From the NCBI GenBank assembly GCA_964643685.1, contig CAZXTN010000004.1, positions 1-40,576 on the forward strand: 40,576 bases of DNA, in the 5' to 3' direction. The DNA is from Candidatus Micrarchaeota archaeon. GTDB lineage: Archaea; B1Sed10-29; JAJRYS01. Below are positions 8,207 to 17,884 of the stretch, piece by piece. The translations under genes were made by a program, and so were the position numbers. How positions within the stretch are numbered: position 1 is the first letter of the stretch; the number at the start of each line of letters is the position of its first letter. A model generated the notes under the pieces. That model did not search any database and was not told the DNA's origin. It saw only the letters and a list, made by a program, of their open reading frames with translations.

Positions 8207-9083
8207 GGCAATTGTTCAAAATTACTTCATTTTAACTTCTTTCAAGGCGTTGGAAAAAAAATTTAATTTTAAGAATAGCTTTTTTCCTTCTGCTGTTTCT
8301 CCTGATTACTTCTTTTTTTCTGAAAACAGTTACTCTTTTTTTAATGAGTTTAAGGAAGAAGTTGTGTTGAAAAAAGCTTACAGAAAAAATGGGTTTAAGA
8401 AATTAATTGATGAAAGCGTTAATGCATTCAAGTCTTTTGATAGGGATTATGAGGAGTATGCTGATTTTCTTAAAGCGCTTGAGCAGAAGGAAATTGCTTT
8501 GAGTGTACTTCATCTGATTGACAGGGGCGTGATGGAAATTGACAAGTTTGTTCCTTTCATTGATTTTTTGAAGTTAACTACTCCTGCAATTAGTTTAAAT
8601 AATGAAGAGAAGCTGAGGCTTTATGAAGAAGTTGAGGAATTGTCTGATTATGAACTTGGGGTGAATTATGGCTGGCTTTTTTATGATGAGTTGAAAGTCA
8701 GGGGTTATGAAAAAACAGGAGCTGTTATTAGAAAAAAAGCAAAGGAAATTGACGTTCAGAGAATTGTTGAAAACAAGAAGAGGAATGAGGAGTTTATTGA
8801 AAATTATCATTATCCTTCAGTGAAAGCAAGGAACTTGGTTGACAATTTTCGTCTTGTTAGGTATTGGGATTGCGGTTATTACAAGTTTATTTTCAATGGG
8901 ATTTATAAGGGAGCGAAAGCGAGGATAAGGGAAGAGAAAAAGCTTGGGCTTGAGTCAAGGGACTTGTTTTATTTAATGGGTTATGAAGAGGTAAATAAGA
9001 AAAAGATAGATCAGAGGAAAAAAGCAAAGAGTTATTTTATTTTTAATGAAGGTAATGGGATTGAATTAGTTTTAGAGGATTGA
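8148..9083 (+). CDS. hypothetical protein, probable helical substrate-binding partner of the PEP-utilizer
   Basis: 311-aa ORF; C-terminal DLFYL..EE....I.QRKK resembles the segment preceding the swivel domain in rifampin-phosphotransferase-like proteins. Start uncertain (59-nt overlap). Confidence 0.65.
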   Translation: MRTKEKLGFLKKEKRDTSIKAIVQNYFILTSFKALEKKFNFKNSFFPSAVSPDYFFFSENSYSFFNEFKEEVVLKKAYRKNGFKKLIDESVNAFKSFDRDYEEYADFLKALEQKEIALSVLHLIDRGVMEIDKFVPFIDFLKLTTPAISLNNEEKLRLYEEVEELSDYELGVNYGWLFYDELKVRGYEKTGAVIRKKAKEIDVQRIVENKKRNEEFIENYHYPSVKARNLVDNFRLVRYWDCGYYKFIFNGIYKGAKARIREEKKLGLESRDLFYLMGYEEVNKKKIDQRKKAKSYFIFNEGNGIELVLED

Positions 9084-9833
9084 TTCTGGTCTTTTTATTA
9101 CTATTCCTTTTGAAGTTATGTGCATTGGCATTATGCTTTCTTCGTGTCTTGTTGCTCTCATTTTTTCAATTGAAAGCGTCCTGTTCATTGTTGTTTCAGC
9201 TTGCTCGTAAGTTAAGAGAATTACTCCGTCTGCCATGAATTCAGATACGTGGTCAGCTGAAAGCCATTTTGATTCTTTTGGGATCTCACTGATTACAATT
9301 GAAGTCACTGGCATTTTTTTCAAAACCATTATAAGCCTGTGCACTTGGAACCTTGTCATAAGCTCTTGTGGTATTGTAGGCATGAAACTTGAAATGTCAG
9401 AAACTAAACCGTAACTCATTAACTCGTCAGGTGCAATTGGGATGTTAGCAAGGGGAGAGAGGGAGTCAACAACTACTCTTGAAGGGTTGAATGTTTGAAT
9501 TTCTCTCTTGATTAAGTCAATGTGTGTTTCTCCTTCAGCTAATTGCCTTTGTGAAATGTCAATGAAAATGAACTTAACTAATCCTTTTGCTTCTAGTTTA
9601 CGGAAATCCATTCCAAACTGTTCAGCTTGATTATACAAGTCTTCAATGTTTTGTTCAAAGCTTATGTATAATCCTTTCTGTCCGTATTCTGTTGCTCCTG
9701 TGTGTAGGAAATGCATTGAGAAAATGCTTTTTCCTGTTCCAGGTGCTCCTGTTATCAGCACGCTGTTTCCTTTTGGGAAGCCTCCTTCAATAAGCTTGTC
9801 AAATCCTTCAATTCCAACAGGTTCTCTTTCCAT
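9072..9833 (-). CDS. KaiC-like (RecA-superfamily) ATPase, single domain
   Basis: GFDKLIEGGFP, Walker A GAPGTGKS, RVVVDS, EFMADGVILL, IEKMRATRH. Confidence 0.92.
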   Translation of the reverse strand: MEREPVGIEGFDKLIEGGFPKGNSVLITGAPGTGKSIFSMHFLHTGATEYGQKGLYISFEQNIEDLYNQAEQFGMDFRKLEAKGLVKFIFIDISQRQLAEGETHIDLIKREIQTFNPSRVVVDSLSPLANIPIAPDELMSYGLVSDISSFMPTIPQELMTRFQVHRLIMVLKKMPVTSIVISEIPKESKWLSADHVSEFMADGVILLTYEQAETTMNRTLSIEKMRATRHEESIMPMHITSKGIVIKRPESIL

Positions 9834-9889
9834 GCTTTAAAACAATGCATTGAAGGTATAAAAATGTTAAACATGGTTGAAAATTGTTT

Positions 9890-10228
9890 TCAAGCAGCTG
9901 CAACTGAAAGCTGTTTGCTTATTACCTTTAATGCTTTTTTTGCTTCTTTTCTTAACTGAGTCAAGTCCTGTTTTTTTCTTTCAATAAGAGAATTGAAAAT
10001 TTCATCAACTCCTATGCTGAAGTATTTCTTAGGTCTTTCCAAGTTTGCTCTTATAAAACCCATGTATTCCAAGGACTGAAGCACTGAATAAACTTTTGTA
10101 ATTGGAATCCCTCCTTTTTCAGAAACAATTTCAGCTGAACAGCCTTCGTTTTCTAAAATAATGCTCAAAGCACTGCTCTGATACTGGGTTAAACCAAGTT
10201 TCATTAATCCATTTGAAACTTCATTCAT
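9890..10228 (-). CDS. TrmB-family HTH transcriptional regulator (N-terminal domain only)
   Basis: LGLTQYQS..., GIPITKVYSVLQSLEYMGFI...RPKKY; ATG at 10228 follows GAGGTG. Confidence 0.88.
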   Translation of the reverse strand: MNEVSNGLMKLGLTQYQSSALSIILENEGCSAEIVSEKGGIPITKVYSVLQSLEYMGFIRANLERPKKYFSIGVDEIFNSLIERKKQDLTQLRKEAKKALKVISKQLSVAAA

Positions 10229-10262
10229 TTCAAAACCACCTCTTTTTAACAAGTTATTAAAG

Positions 10263-10359
10263 AACAGTTGAAACTCAAATCAAACGCATTCCAACCATTC
10301 CAAGTATTCTTTTAACCAAACCCTTTAAAAAACCAGCAACAGTTGAAACAATAACTAGT
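10263..10359. promoter_or_regulatory. candidate operator sites in the divergent trmB / surface-protein promoter region
   Basis: 12-bp direct repeat AACAGTTGAAAC at 10263-10274 and 10338-10349 flanking TTTAAA (10324-10329). Confidence 0.45.
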
Positions 10360-10504
10360 TGTTTACTGAAACAAACCAAACTTAACGCAAAACAAAACAT
10401 TTATAAATTTAACTATTTCAATATAGTGTTACTATTAGTGAGTTACAAAGCATAGGGTTTTTTAAAGGAGGAAAATTAATTAAATTAAACAGTGATTTGT
10501 TAAA

Positions 10505-13500
10505 ATGAAATTAAATTTTAGCAAAACAATTTTTTTCATCACAGCAGTGATTCTCTTATCTTCCTCTATCCAAGCCCTTGACAACTTCAACTACAGAGTG
10601 CCTTTCAACTTAACTTCTTCTTCATCAACTTTAACTGATTTTCAAGTAATGATTGTGCTAAATAATTCCAACATTAACTATTCTCATACTAATGAGGATG
10701 GCTCAGATTTAAGATTCACTTGGTTAAATCAAACAAGTGGAGAAGAACAAGAAATACCTTATTGGATTGATGAAGATATAAATAAGGGGTGGGATAAGTT
10801 AGGGAATTCTTATGTTTGGGTAAAAGTACCAGTAATTGATAAGAATGGACAAATATTCTATTTTTATTATGGAAATAAAAGCAATATAAATTCTAAAAGT
10901 AATGCTTCAGAAGTTTTTATTTACCATAACCTTTTTGATAATTTGGATGGATTAATTGATGTTGGTGCTGGTTTTTCAACTTATAAAATTAATGAAGGAG
11001 AGTTGTACTATGAAACAAATCATATGAGTACAGATGAAGGGAATGGTAAAAGGACAATAAATTCTTTTGATTATACCAATTTAACATTGTATGCTAAAAT
11101 TAAAGGGACAGCTGATTATGATCATGTATCTTTGATTGCATTAGAAGAAACACCTTCAAAACTTATTGGTTTGGAGCATTATACATGGTTATATGATTCA
11201 ACAAGAACAATTATTGGTTTGAATAATGGCAAGACAGCCTATTCTTTATCTACAACTACCCAAAATGAAACTTCTACACAAGATTTAGATTGGTTAATTT
11301 TTAAAATAAATCTTATAAATGCGAATAAAGCCAAGTTTGAAACAATGGATCTAAGTTATAGTAAAAGATTTAGTTACTCCACTAATCTCTCTTATTCCAT
11401 AAAAAATCCACACATCATTATCCTAAATTGGAATGGTGGAGCAACAGGGATAAATAAAGCTTATATAGACATGATATTGCTAACAAAGTCCTCTCTTGAT
11501 AATATTACCCAATCTTTTGGAAAAGAGGAGGGAGCAAACGTTATTTCAATTTCTTTTAATCAGCAGTATAAATTAACTGAGCCTTTTATTGTATCTGTGA
11601 AAAATGAGGGAAATGAGAATTTAACTAATGTTTCTGTTTCAACGAGTTTTGGTGTATTGAATGAGTCTTTTTTTAATTTGCTTCAGCCAAATGAGGAGAA
11701 AAAGATTCAATTGACTTATGATAACTCACAACCTCAAATAAGCTTAGTGAGGATAAAAGTTGAGTCAGATCAAAAAAATAAAACTGACGAGAAAGTTGTT
11801 GTTTTTTATGATGAAGTTTTGAATAATTTGACAGCTGAAGTCAATAAAACAGATGCGCAGGAACTTGAAAACGTTTATCATAATTTTACTCTTGAATTTA
11901 AGAATCAAAATGCTGAGGACCATTCTCTTATTGAAAATTTCAAGTATTACTCTTCAAACCCTTCTTCAGTTTGCTATGAAAATGGAAACCCTCTGCAGAC
12001 AATTGATTATGCTAATTACTTTGTAATAAATAAGACATTAGCAGGTGCTTCAAATGCTTCAATCAACTGCGTTTTAACTTCCCATGAAAACATTTTCAAA
12101 GAACAAGCAGAAGAACAAGATGTTGAAAAGCAAAGCAATTCAACTTTTGCTTATACTAGAGTTCCTCTTGTTTTCAACAATCCATTTAACAGTCAAATGG
12201 TAATTGAATGGCATTTTAATAAAATTGAATATGAAAATAGAACGCGGTCAAATACAAGCGGAGAATTTGTTCTACAATCAGGTGAAACAAGAAAAGTTTA
12301 CTTGGAGATGAACAGAAGCGTAAACATTACTTTGCTTGGTATTTTGAATTACAGCGGAGGAGAAGTGGAACCTTCATTAAGTTATTTTAAAACTTATGCT
12401 TTAATGAACATAAGCAACAATGACTCAATCAATTACACTAACATTGTTTATTACTATGAAAATGAGTCTTATTATGAATCAGTTGAATACATCAACGCGT
12501 CAGCTGGAAACAATACAAACAAAATATTGGTTAAAATTAATTTAACTGCAACTGAAAAAGAAATAAGTTCTAATCCTTTGTTTGAATACTCCAAAAACAA
12601 GGAAATTAAAATGAGCCACTCAGGCGATTTTCATGTCAATGGGCTTGTTTTCAAATACAAGAAAGGAGACTGGAAGTCATATGTTTTATACAAATGTGTT
12701 TATGACAATTACTCAAAATGCAATTACTCAGATAACTCAAGCTGGGTAAAACAAGGAGCAATCGAAGAAAACGGTTTTATTAAAACCTCTGATAACAATA
12801 ACAGCATGAGCGATTTAACTTATGTAATTAGTTATGAAAACAATCCACCTTCTTCTTCCCCTTCCCCTAGTTCAAGTGGCGGAGGAGGCGGAGGAGGTGC
12901 AGGAGGTTATACCCCCTTTAATTTCACTTCAATTAACACAAGCCAAGAAGGCAGCTTGTTTACAGTGAACATTGTTTTAAACAGAAGAGGAGTTTGCAAT
13001 TACTCCATTAACAATGCTTCTGCTGTTGAAATGCAAGGAAAAGATTTTAATTGGACTGCAAGTATTCCTTTAATTAAAGGAAGTAATTTAATCAACGTCA
13101 CTTGCTTTTATTCCCTCCAAAAAGTTACAAAAACATTCAACATTTCTTTTGAGCCAACACAAGCTCCTTTGCAACAAAAGCAAGTTAAAAAACAGCAAGA
13201 GGACAACCTTGAAGAAGACAAGCCAATAGAAACTTCTTCTTCAACAGGCTTCATTATAGGTTCAGGCAACTTTAATTTAGGGTTAATCGTGCTTCTGCTT
13301 GCATTGTTTTCATATTACGCTTACTCTAAAAAAGAGGCTTTAACAAGCTTTAAACTTCCGAAAATAAAAACACCATCCAGTTTCATTAAAAAGAAAACCA
13401 AGAAACCAAAAAAAGAAATTACTGAAAAACAAGATAGAAAGGTTCTCCCAAAAGAATCTTCTTATGCCCTTCCACCTATCGCAAAAGTTGAAATTAAAAG

Positions 13501-13825
13501 AAAAGACATTGAAGCAAATGTTAACCAAAACAAGCCTCTTGCAGTTCAAAGAATATGCAAGTTCATTAAAGAAGATGGTAAAAAAATAAATTACACAGTA
13601 AGCGATTTAGCAAATGCCTTAAATCTCAGCTTGATTTCAACAAGGCAAGCAATCAACAGAGGACTTGCACTTGGAATCTTTGAAAAATACGAAAACGGAA
13701 AATTCAAAGCATACCGTCTTGGAAAATACGGAAGAATAATAGCAGACTTAGAAGTTGAAATAAAAACCTACTCAGAACTAGAAACAGTAGTCAGGCTGCT
13801 TAAAAAAAGAGAACAAGAAAACTAA
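10505..13825 (+). CDS. large membrane-anchored surface protein: signal peptide, DUF2341-like domain, Ig/CARDB-like repeats, S/P/G linker, TM helix, cytoplasmic winged HTH
   Basis: Hydrophobic N-terminus; DGSDLRF..EIPYWI..VWVKVP..FYYGN; many N-x-S/T sequons; PPSSSPSPSSSGGGGGGG; LGLIVLLLALFSYYAY; C-terminal YTVSDLANALNLSLISTRQAINRG..GIFEK..GKFKAYRL. Confidence 0.8.
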   Translation: MKLNFSKTIFFITAVILLSSSIQALDNFNYRVPFNLTSSSSTLTDFQVMIVLNNSNINYSHTNEDGSDLRFTWLNQTSGEEQEIPYWIDEDINKGWDKLGNSYVWVKVPVIDKNGQIFYFYYGNKSNINSKSNASEVFIYHNLFDNLDGLIDVGAGFSTYKINEGELYYETNHMSTDEGNGKRTINSFDYTNLTLYAKIKGTADYDHVSLIALEETPSKLIGLEHYTWLYDSTRTIIGLNNGKTAYSLSTTTQNETSTQDLDWLIFKINLINANKAKFETMDLSYSKRFSYSTNLSYSIKNPHIIILNWNGGATGINKAYIDMILLTKSSLDNITQSFGKEEGANVISISFNQQYKLTEPFIVSVKNEGNENLTNVSVSTSFGVLNESFFNLLQPNEEKKIQLTYDNSQPQISLVRIKVESDQKNKTDEKVVVFYDEVLNNLTAEVNKTDAQELENVYHNFTLEFKNQNAEDHSLIENFKYYSSNPSSVCYENGNPLQTIDYANYFVINKTLAGASNASINCVLTSHENIFKEQAEEQDVEKQSNSTFAYTRVPLVFNNPFNSQMVIEWHFNKIEYENRTRSNTSGEFVLQSGETRKVYLEMNRSVNITLLGILNYSGGEVEPSLSYFKTYALMNISNNDSINYTNIVYYYENESYYESVEYINASAGNNTNKILVKINLTATEKEISSNPLFEYSKNKEIKMSHSGDFHVNGLVFKYKKGDWKSYVLYKCVYDNYSKCNYSDNSSWVKQGAIEENGFIKTSDNNNSMSDLTYVISYENNPPSSSPSPSSSGGGGGGGAGGYTPFNFTSINTSQEGSLFTVNIVLNRRGVCNYSINNASAVEMQGKDFNWTASIPLIKGSNLINVTCFYSLQKVTKTFNISFEPTQAPLQQKQVKKQQEDNLEEDKPIETSSSTGFIIGSGNFNLGLIVLLLALFSYYAYSKKEALTSFKLPKIKTPSSFIKKKTKKPKKEITEKQDRKVLPKESSYALPPIAKVEIKRKDIEANVNQNKPLAVQRICKFIKEDGKKINYTVSDLANALNLSLISTRQAINRGLALGIFEKYENGKFKAYRLGKYGRIIADLEVEIKTYSELETVVRLLKKREQEN

Positions 13826-13830
13826 CTTTT

Positions 13831-14571
13831 TTAAAGCACGTCTTCTGGTCTTTTTACTACGAATCCTTTTGAAGTGAATTCAATTGGCAGAATCTGTTCA
13901 GAGTGGCTTGTGCCTCTCATTTTTTTAATGAAAAGAGTCCTGTTTGCCCCTTGCCCTGAATTTCCCAAGTAACTTAAGAGAATAACTCCGTCTGCTACGT
14001 ATTCTTCAACGCCGTACTTGGAGTACTTGTTTGTTCCTGATTCATCTATTTCAGAAGTGATTATAGTCGTAGCACCGTTTTTCATAAGCATGTAATTGAT
14101 TTTAAGAATTGCTCTTCTGACTTCGTTTTGGTTTGACAAGTGAAAACCAAGACCAGCAAGAGAGTCAATCACTACTCTTTTTGCTCCTATTTGGTCAATA
14201 ACCTGCATTATTCTAAGCAGTAGCCTGTCAACATCCACTCCCATTGCAGGCAAAGCGTATTTCTCATCGCTTTGATAACCAGCTTTAGCTGAAGAAGCGT
14301 CAATCAAGGCAAACACTCCTTTCTTCTCTGCTTTTTCAATGTCAAACCCGAATCTTTTCATATCCTCTCTTAGCATTTTAGGACGTTCATCAAGGGTTAC
14401 GTAAACAGCTGGCTCGCCGTATTCCATTGCACCACGGTAAGCGTATTGCATTGCAAAAATAGTCTTACCTGTACCTGCTTCTCCTGTGACAAGAATCGTC
14501 CTGCCTTCAGGAAAGCCGCCTTCAATCAATTCATCTAACCCGTAAATTCCTGTTTTTACTCTGCCATCCAT
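13831..14571 (-). CDS. KaiC-like ATPase, single domain (second paralog)
   Basis: RVKTGIYGLDELIEGGFP, GEAGTGKT, RVVIDS, GVEEYVADGVILL, KKMRGTSH. Confidence 0.93.
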   Translation of the reverse strand: MDGRVKTGIYGLDELIEGGFPEGRTILVTGEAGTGKTIFAMQYAYRGAMEYGEPAVYVTLDERPKMLREDMKRFGFDIEKAEKKGVFALIDASSAKAGYQSDEKYALPAMGVDVDRLLLRIMQVIDQIGAKRVVIDSLAGLGFHLSNQNEVRRAILKINYMLMKNGATTIITSEIDESGTNKYSKYGVEEYVADGVILLSYLGNSGQGANRTLFIKKMRGTSHSEQILPIEFTSKGFVVKRPEDVL

Positions 14572-14704
14572 TAATACGAAATAAAACAAAAAGAGTATAT
14601 AAACTTTTTACCTTCTTTCTGTCTTGAACAGGCAAGCATTTAAAACAATTAAGTTATTAAATAACAAACACAACAACTTTTCAATAAACAATTAAGCAAA
14701 GGAA

Positions 14705-16003
14705 GTGATGAAGAAAATGGTTGAAGTTAAAGGATTAAGGTATCATAAAAACGCTGACAAAGTCACAGGCACAAAATTAACTTTTCCAAACAACGTTACT
14801 CAAAGCGGTTTATGCTCAACATGTATAAAATGCGGAGAATGTGAAATAGGCAAAAAAGCAAAGACAGGGCAAACCCTGTTCCCACAGCCATTCGGCGCAG
14901 CTCAATTCGGAGCAGAAAAAAGAACACCAAACCTAGAGGACTTGCAGATACTTCCAGAATTATACGGCGAAGAAGTAGTGTTCAGAAAAGTAAAAACAGA
15001 AACAACAATCGGAAAATTCAAAGTAAAAGCACCGCTAGCAATAGCAGCAATGGGCTCAACAATAGTCGCGCATTCGCTTGGAAAAGAATTAGCTGAAGGA
15101 GCAGCCCGCGCTGGAATTTTAATGAGCATAGGTGAAAACGTCATAGCAACTTACGGCAAAGAAGGGTTAAAAAACAGGATACAGCCTTTCCTAGATAATT
15201 ACAATGGCTATGGAGCAGTAATAGTGCAGGGAAACGGACATGACATCAAAATGGGAGCATACGAGTTGGCCAAGGAATACGGAGCGCATGCAATTGAAGT
15301 CAAGTTCGGGCAAGGAGCCAAGCAGGGACTCGGTGGAGAAATAAAAGTGCAAACAAAAGAAGAAGCTGAAAAATACAGGCAATACGGTTACCACATTGAA
15401 GAAAACCCAGACGGCACTTTCCAAAGGCACTCAATGCCAGGAGCGCTAACACCAGAAAAACTAAAAGAAAACATGCTGAAATACGCGGAACTAGACATGC
15501 CGATATTTACAAAAACAGGAAACGGAAAAGGAATAATCAGGTTAATAAAAGCGCTTGATGAATTGAAAAAAGAAAACGGCGTGCCAATTCAATCCCTGAC
15601 AATAGATGGTTTCGGAGGAGGAACAGGAATGAGCCCATGGCTTATCATGAATGAAATGAACATCGACTCAGCAAGCGTATTCAACGCCTTGGATGAAAAA
15701 CCAAGCTTTGATATCCTATTAGCAGGGGGGCATAACACAGGCTTTGACGTGGCAAAAGGAATGATGCTTGGCTCCAAAGGAAGCGCAATGGGACGCCCGT
15801 TCCTAATAGCAGCTAATGCAGACAAAGAACAAGGAGTTGAAAACTTTGTTTCAGCTTTAATAGAAGAGCTTCAAATGATAACAGCTACTCTTCACTTAAC
15901 AAGCGTCGATGAATTAGTTGACAGGAAGCAAAATTTAATTGCTTTAAACAACGAAGCTTCAACAATGTTCGGCGTGCCTCAAAACCCAAAAGCGCTTTTA
16001 TAA
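14705..16003 (+). CDS. FMN-binding glutamate synthase family protein with N-terminal Cys cluster
   Basis: CSTCIKCGEC, AAMGS, GEN, IEVKFGQGAKQGLGG, TIDGFGGGTG. Confidence 0.88.
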   Translation: MMKKMVEVKGLRYHKNADKVTGTKLTFPNNVTQSGLCSTCIKCGECEIGKKAKTGQTLFPQPFGAAQFGAEKRTPNLEDLQILPELYGEEVVFRKVKTETTIGKFKVKAPLAIAAMGSTIVAHSLGKELAEGAARAGILMSIGENVIATYGKEGLKNRIQPFLDNYNGYGAVIVQGNGHDIKMGAYELAKEYGAHAIEVKFGQGAKQGLGGEIKVQTKEEAEKYRQYGYHIEENPDGTFQRHSMPGALTPEKLKENMLKYAELDMPIFTKTGNGKGIIRLIKALDELKKENGVPIQSLTIDGFGGGTGMSPWLIMNEMNIDSASVFNALDEKPSFDILLAGGHNTGFDVAKGMMLGSKGSAMGRPFLIAANADKEQGVENFVSALIEELQMITATLHLTSVDELVDRKQNLIALNNEASTMFGVPQNPKALL

Positions 16004-16057
16004 AGCGCTTTATTCATAATTAAAAATGAAAAAAAATTAAAGGAGTTGAGAGTAAAA

Positions 16058-16237
16058 ATGGTTAGTGTTGACAAGGAAAAATGCATTGGATGTGGAGCAT
16101 GCGTTGCTTTATGCGGAGCAGTTTTTGAAATGGGAAGCGACGGCAAGTCACAAGTAAAACAAGGAGCAGACACTGAAGCACCTTGCGTGGAACAAGCAAT
16201 AAGCACATGCCCAGTTCAAGCAATAAGCAAAGATTAA
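16058..16237 (+). CDS. monocluster ferredoxin
   Basis: CIGCGACVALC ... AISTCPVQAI. Confidence 0.92.
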   Translation: MVSVDKEKCIGCGACVALCGAVFEMGSDGKSQVKQGADTEAPCVEQAISTCPVQAISKD

Positions 16238-16245
16238 TTTTTTCT

Positions 16246-16806
16246 TTAAACTGAAGCTTTTGCTTCTTCAAATATTTTTTCAAACTCTTTTTCATACTCA
16301 GAAGCAATTTCTTCACTGTAAATGATAATCAAGTTTTCATTGTTTCTTTCAGTAGCTTGCCTGCTCCAATTATAACTTCCAGTAAGCACTATTTTGCCGT
16401 CAATAACTGCAAACTTGTCATGCATAAAAGCTGAATTAGAGTCATTAAAAACTTCAATTCCTTCATTCAATAACTTCCAATATTCAGAGTACTGTGATAC
16501 TTGCTGCTTTTCAGTCACGACCCTTACCTTCACTCCTCTTTTTTTGGCTCTTATAACAGCATCGCCTATTGAATCCAAAGTAAAGGAGTAAACTGCAATG
16601 TCAATTGATTCATTTGCAGAGTCAATTAATTGAATTACTTTCAAGTCGCAGTTGTCTTCAGGTGAAAAAAACACTTGAGTTGAATCAGGTTGAATTGACT
16701 GAGTTTGGTTTTGAAAAGGAATTAAGTTGAAGAAGTAAGCAAAGCTGAATATTATTACTAGGGTTAGAATTGATGTCAAGTGAATTGATTTTTTTCTGCG
16801 CGCCAT
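16246..16806 (-). CDS. membrane-anchored phospholipase D family (Nuc-like) protein, single HKD motif
   Basis: N-terminal TM helix; FFSP, IDIAVYSFT, MHDKFAVIDG, TGSYNWS, NNEN. Confidence 0.9.
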   Translation of the reverse strand: MARRKKSIHLTSILTLVIIFSFAYFFNLIPFQNQTQSIQPDSTQVFFSPEDNCDLKVIQLIDSANESIDIAVYSFTLDSIGDAVIRAKKRGVKVRVVTEKQQVSQYSEYWKLLNEGIEVFNDSNSAFMHDKFAVIDGKIVLTGSYNWSRQATERNNENLIIIYSEEIASEYEKEFEKIFEEAKASV

Positions 16807-16868
16807 TGAATAAAAAATAAAGAAAAAGGAGTATAAAAAACAAGAGAAAAAAGTTGAAGGAGTAACCT

Positions 16869-17816
16869 TCAGTCTGTTATTCCTTTTGAGGTTACTCTGA
16901 ATACTGCTTCTCCGTCTGGCATGCTTGGTGAGTCAACTAACCTTGCTATTCTCTTGTCATCTTTTCCTTTGCGAAGGTAAATCCTGTAAGTTGATTGGTG
17001 TCCTACTATGTGTCCTCCTATTGGAGTTGTCGGGTCACCGAACAATAAACCTGGGTTAGCCATTACTTGGTTAGTGACAAAAACAGGGATGTTGTACAAG
17101 TCAGCCCATTTTTTCAAAGCATGCATGTGCTGGTTTAGTTTCTGTTGCCTGCCTGCAAGAGTTCCTCTTCCCATGAAATCGCTTCTGAATCTTGAAGTAA
17201 GTGAATCCACTATAATTAGTTTAATGTTGTTGGCTTCAATGATTTCATTTGCTTTTTCAGCTAATAGCATCTGATGGTCAGCGTTGAATGCTTTTGCCAC
17301 GAAAATATTTTTTAAAACTTCATCGACATCCATTTCGTTTGCTTCTGCTATTTGCTGTATTCTTTCAGGGCGGAAAGTTGATTCAGTGTCAATGAACAAG
17401 CATGCTCCTCCAAGCCCTCCTTCTGATTCAGGTTTCTGCACGTTAACAGCTAGTTGAAATGCAAGTTGTGATTTTCCGCTTCCGAATCTGCCGTAAACTT
17501 CTGTGATTGACTGTGTTTCAATCCCCCCTCCTAATAAGCTGTCTAGTTCTTCGCTTCCTGTTGAAAGTTTTGCAATTTGTTTTCTTCTTTCAAGAATCTT
17601 GTCAGCTGACTCGAATCCTATTTCAAGAGCGTCTCTTGCAGCGTTTATTATTTTGATTGAAGTTGCTTCTCCTAATCCAGCTGCGTCCATTAATTCTCCT
17701 GGCGCTGCTACTGAAATTGACTCCAGTGTTGTGAAGCCAGCGTCTCTTAGTTTTTCAGCTGTTGTTGTGCCTACTCCTGGAAGGTCTTCAATTTCTTCGA
17801 TTACTTTTTTAGCCAT
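16869..17816 (-). CDS. radA: DNA repair and recombination protein RadA
   Basis: HhH N-domain LPGVG, GFESA oligomerisation motif, [32 protein letters not shown]. Confidence 0.98.
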   Translation of the reverse strand: MAKKVIEEIEDLPGVGTTTAEKLRDAGFTTLESISVAAPGELMDAAGLGEATSIKIINAARDALEIGFESADKILERRKQIAKLSTGSEELDSLLGGGIETQSITEVYGRFGSGKSQLAFQLAVNVQKPESEGGLGGACLFIDTESTFRPERIQQIAEANEMDVDEVLKNIFVAKAFNADHQMLLAEKANEIIEANNIKLIIVDSLTSRFRSDFMGRGTLAGRQQKLNQHMHALKKWADLYNIPVFVTNQVMANPGLLFGDPTTPIGGHIVGHQSTYRIYLRKGKDDKRIARLVDSPSMPDGEAVFRVTSKGITD

Positions 17817-17846
17817 TTTACATCATCTCCTCGTTCAGTTTCTTTT

Positions 17847-17869
17847 AGTTTCAAATTCTCGTCCAAGCT
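17847..17869 (-). promoter_or_regulatory. motif shared with the rpa leader
   Basis: Exact 12-mer AATTCTCGTCCA at 17854-17865 and 19179-19190, each just upstream of the SD site. Confidence 0.55.
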
Positions 17870-17884
17870 TGTTGTGGAAAAAGT

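Noticed and set aside
15989-16011. Doubled palindrome AAAGCGCTTT-TAT-AAAGCGCTTT at the end of the glutamate-synthase-like gene
   Set aside because: Single occurrence with no link to the tRNA hairpin families; possibly a terminator or local duplication.
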